Source: the human T2T-CHM13v2.0 reference genome, Homo sapiens. From it: a DNA stretch of 64,000 nt. Where the stretch lies: the NCBI RefSeq assembly GCF_009914755.1, contig NC_060939.1, one strand, 5' to 3'. Of the stretch, positions 57,367 through 64,000 are shown in pieces. The notes beneath the pieces are model-generated. The model had not been told where the DNA came from. It did no database searches and was given only the letters and a program-made list of their open reading frames with translations. Position 1 is the first letter of the stretch, and each line of letters begins with the position of its first letter. Position numbers and translations under genes: made by a program.

Positions 57367-58931
57367 TTGTTTTTTTTGTAAACGGATTTTTATACTATAT
57401 TAAAAAGCCACAAAATAAAAAAGGGATCAACCAACATATATCTTACAAGTCCCTCCAAGAGTCTCAGTATGCAACAGTCATGGAGGCTGTGACCTTTTTC
57501 CTTCTTTTCTCGGCCTGCAGTTCATTTAAGGATCACCGGAGATGACTTGTGCTCTAGTTCTTAAAATCAAACTTGTTCTGCCAAATCCAAGATACTGAAT
57601 TTTTCCAAATTGTAGAAACATGCATTTGCCACCTGTCCACCAAAATACCTCCCATTCGAGTCAATAACCGCTTGAATTGCTGATTTAACTCTCTCAAATT
57701 CTAAAAATATCCGTACTGCTTCATCATCAGGGGCACCAGAATTTCAAACAACACACTTTCCCCAACTTTGAGATATTTTTCACGTTCTTCCTTGGTTTTA
57801 ACTTCCAAGTCTTCATCCACCTTTCCCGCACCAACCATGTTCCTTAGTAGGACCACTTTATTAAGACACTTAAGTATTTCAGTCAGTGGATTTGAATCTG
57901 ACTTCTTGGATGCATCTTTCTCCGTGGCGTCACCCACGATGATCTTGCCACCAAGCTTGCTGGTCTTCTCCACCGAAAAGGCGGTGCTCAGCCCCTGCTC
58001 ATGCTTCCCCAGACCCTGGCCCTCCCGGAAGCCGTACTTCTGTATGATCTTGTGCGCCACCGTGCCCCCCAAGTTAGCGAGGAAGGAGTTGCGCTGGGCC
58101 GGGTTGGAGATCTCGGTCTGTCTTGTTCCTCGTACACTGGGGGAGGAATGGCAGTTTTGGAAGACTGTGATCGAGGTCTTGAGTCCTCTTCATAAGGAAA
58201 ATCTCGGGGTAACTGTCTTTTACTGCCAGAGAAGTGGGTGAGGCAATGGCAGCTCCGCCCATACTTGTTTTCCTCTTCTCTCGCTCCTAATCTTCATCTT
58301 CATCAGAATCCGGATCTGAACTCCTTGAAAACTCACGTGCATCATGTCTGTATTTATGCCTTTCTTCTCTTTCTTCTATTTCTTCTGTCTTTCCAGCTCC
58401 CGCTGTCTTTGTCCTTCCTCTCTGGCGTTTCACTACTTTCTTACAATCGTTAGGAAACATAGGATCATATTCGTCAGCTAAGGGAATCAGAACTTCCCCT
58501 GCAGAAAACCCACTGGGAACAGGATCCTTCAGCCCAGCTGGCACATGCGGTGGTGTGTCCACAATTTGCCCGGTCATCTGAGGAGCCACCTCGTTGTAGG
58601 TCAATGACTGGGGCAAGAACTGTACCTTGTTTCGTCCTTTGGCTCTTTGCCTGAGTGAGAGCTGCCTTCTTCACCTGAAGCTGAGACTGTAGAAGTTTGA
58701 AGTTTTTGGACCAGCCTTCTGTTTTTGAGTCACTGGTTTCCTCTGATCGTACAGGGACATCTTTTCTTCGGTTTAATGCCGGCCCGCCCGCCGACTCTGC
58801 CCATGGGCCGCGGTGGCGGCAGCGCGGAGCCGGGGAGGCAGGAGCCAACGGCGGCACCACCCTCCGCTGAGTCCGCGGGGCGCTGGGCGGCGCGGGGTCA
58901 GGTAGCGCGGGCTGCTGGGAGAGCGCGCCCC
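57367..58931 (-). pseudogene. RBM17: Full-length processed pseudogene of RBM17 (SPF45 splicing factor); CDS remnant 58760-57567
   Basis: Intronless pieces in several frames: MSLYD, ETSDSKTEGWSKNFKLLQSQLQVKK, ADEYDPMFPND, G-patch GGTVAHKIIQKYGFREGQGLGKHEQG, UHM VVLLRNMVGAG...AEQV*. Poly-A remnant; 18-bp TSD ATCTCTAACAT(T/G)TTCTTT (57349-57366 / 58932-58949); multiple frameshifts and a stop. The symbol is the parent gene (possibly RBM17P4, unverified). Confidence 0.97.
58769..58931. promoter_or_regulatory. Small CpG-dense patch (retrocopied RBM17 5' UTR)
   Basis: About 24 CpG in ~165 bp by manual count; function not demonstrated. Confidence 0.45.
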
Positions 58932-59259
58932 ATCTCTAACATGTTCTTTCTCACTCACTATGTTTCCCCATTCCTAACTCCTTCCTGCCTCTCCCCAGCT
59001 GTTCACATAGATACACCTTAGGGAAAGACTTCCCTGACTCCCTAATCTAAAAATGGATCTCGCCTCAATTATTCTCTATCACTAAGTCTCGACTTATTTT
59101 CTTCATAGTATTTAGCAGAATCTGAAAGTATTCTTTTTTGTGCGTGCTTGGTATCTGCTTCTCCAATAAAATATAAACTCTATCAGGCCAGGGCTGCATG
59201 TTCAGCTCCTAGAATATAGTTCTAGGGCTCAACACAATCAAACATGCACTTATCAAAAT

Positions 59260-59950
59260 ATCACCCTGGCTGGATAGCCGATTTAACACGCGGAGACCAG
59301 TGAGGAAGTTGCTAGGGCAGTTTGGATGAGTGACGATGGGCGCTTGTACTAGGACTGTGAGCACAGAAGTGGTGAGAAGTGAATGGATTTCACAAACACT
59401 TGGGAAGAAAATCATTTGTTTTAGGCCACCCATGCAGGGGCAACAGCAAATGAGAACAAGCTTGGCATGCTGAATGAACAAAAATGGAAGATGGAGCACA
59501 GTGAAAAATGAAAAAATGGTAGGAGATGGGGCAGACAAGGGTATAATCATGTAGTACTCATAGGCCACAGTGAGAAGCTTGGGTTTTGTTTTAAATGTAA
59601 CGGAAGCTATTGAATTGTGTAATCAGACTTACATTCTTAAAAGATCATTTTGAGTACTACATTGAGAATAAATCATGGAGGAGGCAGCCAGAGTAGAAGC
59701 AGGCAGAGCAGGTAACATGGCAATTGTAAAACCGTAGAGAAGAATGAAGGTAGCTCGGGTTATGATTGTAAGAACGGAGATGAAAAGCAGCAGGTAGATT
59801 CTGAATCGTTCCGGGACTAAAGTGGCAGCATTTGTTTACGGATGTAATGGACAAAAGAGAACATGAAAAATGCCTATGTTTTTGGCTTGAGCAACTGGGT
59901 GAGTATTTATGCTGTTTCCTGACGTGGGAAAAGACAAATGGGAGAGAAGT
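59260..59950 (-). mobile_element. L2 fragments
   Basis: GGAGACCAGTGAGGAAGTTG, AAAAGATCATTTTG, TTTTTGGCTTGAGCAACTGGGTG motifs. Confidence 0.65.
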
Positions 59951-60528
59951 GGGAATTAAGTCAAGTTAATAAACTATTACGTTGGGTATTATCTTTCACC
60001 CCATATGGTAAGTCTGGATATTTTCCACATAATTTTGTTGACTGTTTCCATAAGTTATGTACCAAGGACAGGGAGTTTCAAATATTCTTTGCAACATTTG
60101 AGAACTAAAGAATCCCCCTTGGTCATGATCTTCTGTGCCCCTGTAAGCTTACAGGCACACATGGCATCATCATTATGATGAGTCCTGTACTTCACCCCAC
60201 TACATTACCTGTTTTATAGAGTGCCACTAGGACAATTCAGCAATGTATTCTATCACCATCTATCAAGGCATGAGAAAAATCATCTTCTTTTCAAGTATTA
60301 GAATTGAATGATCACACTTGAGTTATCTGAGATTATTTCTTGATCTGAGCAACAAGAAAATGGTCTCATTTCCAAGTTAAAAAAGGAATTATATGAATCA
60401 AGAACCAAAGACCTTAACACTAAATCACACTAATTATTTTACATAGTACTATGTAGGTTTTGAGAAATTTAAAACCGTATGTATTACTCAAACATTTCTT
60501 CCAATATTTACTTGATCACATATTTTAA

Positions 60529-60648
60529 TAGGTAACCATGACTTTGTCATCCAAGCCAGGACACTTATGAAAGTGAAAGGAGGAGCTATTGATAATTACA
60601 GGAAAACACCAGGACTGTGCAGACATACTGAGCTCTAAGGTCACTCTG
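60529..60648. mobile_element. MER94-like (hAT-Blackjack) MITE
   Basis: TAGGTAACCAT...CATCCAAGCCAGGACAC...AGTGAAAGG...GCTATT...GGTCACTCT termini. Confidence 0.6.
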
Positions 60649-61008
60649 TTTATAACATGATGCCTTAAGAATGAAAGCTCAGACAATATCTGGCTTTATT
60701 TAGCTAAGTCAGGTGGTAAAATACGAAGAATAACATGAAAGAAAAATTAGGAATTCTGCATCTTGCTCAGTGACTTTTCTCCTCTTTGTTTTTCATTTAG
60801 TTGATTTAAATACATAATTACCAAATAAGTTTTTGAAAAGTCAGTTTATTCAATTAAATTTGTGGTACAAATCCAAATTAAGATTCTTATTTAATTATAT
60901 TAGGTCTTATATTAGGGCTTAAGAAATCTAAAGAGGATGCTATAGACATATCATCTATACATTAAAAGAAAAATTAAAATAACTTCAAAAACTAGAATAA
61001 AAAAATTA

Positions 61009-61322
<314 letters not shown>

Positions 61323-63489
61323 TTAAAAACCAAATTCCAACATTTATTGTAGTCAATACATAAAATACATATATAGGTTTGGTAAAAATATATGCATACA
61401 AAGGAAATATTTATATATAGAATAAAACCATCATATCTAGAACTAAGACAAATCAAACTGAATACCAAATCTTTGGTAACAAAAGGGAAAAGGTTTCCAC
61501 TAATGTAAATATATACTTGGGGACATTTATTTTCTCATTTCAGTTATCATTTTCAAACTATGCTGTATTTTCTGTATAACCCATTTTTCATCTGCCCAAT
61601 TACTAGCAATCTCTTTTCTACTATCAAAAATGATCATTTGTTTCTTTATTGTAGTAGATAAAACATCCTTTCATTGTTTCAGCTCACAAGCTGTGCAGAT
61701 CCTACCCACTGTTCTTGCCTCCAGCACTTCACATTATTGGTGTATTATTTCATGCATGCCCTACTCTTTTATCAATTGCTTTTGAAGTAATGTTAATAGA
61801 CTAGAAAATTGAGACATTTATGAAGTATAGGCAGTGTTTATGAAAAAATCCATAAAATATGACACAGGCAAGACAAGATAAAAGCAGCATTTTAATAGAT
61901 TATGGCAAAGAGATCCTGTCAGAGTTTGACAACTGACTCCTTCGAGATCACTAATTTTTATGGGATTAATTCTGTGGTATAAAAAATGAAGTTAAATGTC
62001 CTAATTAATCTGTAAATAGCACACCCACAATTAAACCCTGTGGTCCCTTCTTGGATTGGGGCTGCAGTGATTTTTGAAAGTAATTATCTCAAATTCACAA
62101 TGAAGACGATTTTTCTTTTTTTTTTTTCTCATGGCATTTCAGCTAAATAACCACCTGAATTCAAACTTGAATAGGGTCTTCTTATATACAAATCAGTTTG
62201 CAGATTTGTGTGGAAACATATTGATTAGATTTGTAAGCTATATACTTATAATGGTTTCTATATTAAAAAATAAAATTTGGAGAAATGGTGCAGAAAGGAA
62301 GTGGTCAAGAAAAACTAGAGTTTCTCCATATTGGGGCAAGTCTTCTTTGTTCTACAATTTAAGAACCCCAAAGGGTTGAGTTTCCTTCTCTTACACAGGT
62401 GACAATGTGGTGGTGCATTGTCTCTTACACAGCAGTTAGAAAGTACATTACATTGGAGTTAGAAAATAAAGCACTCCCTGACTTTTCCATCATGATGCTG
62501 TGGCAGGGTGCTCCAGAAATATTAGTTCCATTCCTCTTCCTTCCTTCCATCTTTAATATTTGAACTTAATAATACTGTCTATAAAGGTGCGATGTTATCT
62601 ATATGTAGTCAGATGAAAGTAATACAATTTATTAAATATAAAATATTTTAAAATATTTTTATAATAGCGCTAATAAGAAGGCATACTAGTCTTTATGATT
62701 CACATTCATTATTTAATTTCTTACCAATAGACGTTCCAATGACAAATATTACTGCTACTGCCTTGTTAGTAATTAGGAAACCAAGATTCAAAGGTTTCCT
62801 TAAACCTTTAAAGAAATTACTCAAATTATATATATATGAGGTAATAGAACAGATTCTTGAAGCTAGATCTCCTGATTCCAAATCCTATGCATTTTTCAGT
62901 ATAAGTATACTGTGACGTTACAGCTTTGCAATCAAAAATAACCTGATGATAAAGTAAAATATTCTACCAGTTTTGGTGAAGAGAAAATTATTCAGATCAG
63001 TTAGCTCTGGAGTTAAAAAAAAAAAAGGGGGAGGAGAGGTTAGTGTCTATTTACTCTTCATTTGATATTCTATATTTTGGAGGAATGGGAATATAGTCAT
63101 CTTTTTTCCCCTTTTTTTTTAAAGAAGGATACTAATTTTCTTTATTGAGTCCCAGGATAAAGTAGGATTGCAAAAGCTAATCATTTTTTTTTCATTTATA
63201 CTCTAAGGCCCTGGTAATAGGTAAGCCGTGATTATATTCCTGAAAATAATATTGTAGCAAAAATGGTGTAATACTGCCAGGTTTGAGAGAAAGCTCTTTT
63301 AAGTTGCCATTACTTGGCAAAGTAGTACTATTGTTAAGAAAATAAAAATCTAGTTTTCTGATTTCTTATAGTCTTTCTTATATAAATGACAAATATTTTG
63401 GCTGAACTGATACACTGATGTGGTTAATTTGATTAAATGATATATTTATCTGATTATCTAACAAACTGAATAATATAGGCTAGCCAAAA

Positions 63490-63630
63490 CCTTTCACATC
63501 TCACATGAGGAAACAGAAAATTGAGAGACACTAAGTGATTTGCTCAAGATCATGTACAGATTATATTACAGATTCCTGACTAGAACTCACTACTGCTGAT
63601 TGTAAGCCCAAGTTCCTTTCCAATACATTA
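63490..63630 (-). mobile_element. MIR (another fragment at ~62780-62900)
   Basis: GAGGAAACAG...TAAGTGATTTGCTCAAGATCA core. Confidence 0.6.
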
Positions 63631-64000
63631 CCTTCCTTGATTTTATCAGAATATTATTCAGTCAAAACCTCTGGCACATACAATCTAAGATTTTAGCACA
63701 CCCTCTGATGGAACATCCTTCAACAGGTGAAACATTTAAGAACAGACAGGCCCAGTATTATAAACATGATTGCAAAGAGAAGTCCTAAGCTGACAGAAAG
63801 AGAAAATAATAAATGGTACCTTTTTCATCTCTAAACTCTCTAATTCCGAGAAAACACCCTAAAGCCTTTGCCTTGGTAAAAAATATTTGAAATGCCAAAT
63901 CCAGTTATCAATTCATCTCTATGTGTGTCGGGAAGGATTACCACAGTTAAGTATATTCTAATCCTGTTTATACCCAGCATTACTCCTGATGTTCCAGTAA

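Noticed and set aside
57768-58241. 157-aa plus-strand ORF
   Set aside because: Antisense shadow of the RBM17 coding frame.
58474-58860. 128-aa ORF running from the 5' UTR into the RBM17 frame
   Set aside because: Needs a GTG start, arises from a deletion just after the native ATG, and frameshifts again; no coding support.
60134-60160. 16-bp palindrome CCTGTAAGCTTACAGG
   Set aside because: Isolated, with no associated element; not informative alone.

Overview
Human (primate) non-coding genomic DNA, AT-rich and repeat-dense. A 5'-truncated AluYb8 points to Homo sapiens. I can support no intact protein-coding gene, RNA gene or CRISPR array. The window opens inside a HERV-H provirus (gag end, pro, deleted pol, 3' LTR7). 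A solo LTR7 (+) and a solo LTR7Y (-) follow within 12 kb. About 20 Alus and many MIR/L2/DNA-transposon relics are present, plus MER39 and THE1B solo LTRs and a six-layer nested stack (MIR > MLT1A > full MSTB provirus > L1PB > L1PA > Alu). There are two processed pseudogenes: NUTF2 (+) and RBM17/SPF45 (-). From memory only and unverified, pseudogenes of both parents are catalogued at 15q14 near DPH6/DPH6-DT; BLAT would settle this. The best candidate for an undescribed system is the LTR7/LTR7Y cluster: convergent, possibly stage-specific promoters, one of which inserted into and duplicated a consensus 5' splice site. Also notable are recurrent twin-hairpin templated insertions, a length-preserving -4/+4 frameshift pair in the NUTF2 retrocopy, and an unusually CpG-intact 5' end of the RBM17 retrocopy. 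Repeat subfamily calls come from remembered consensus sequences and need RepeatMasker/Dfam confirmation.
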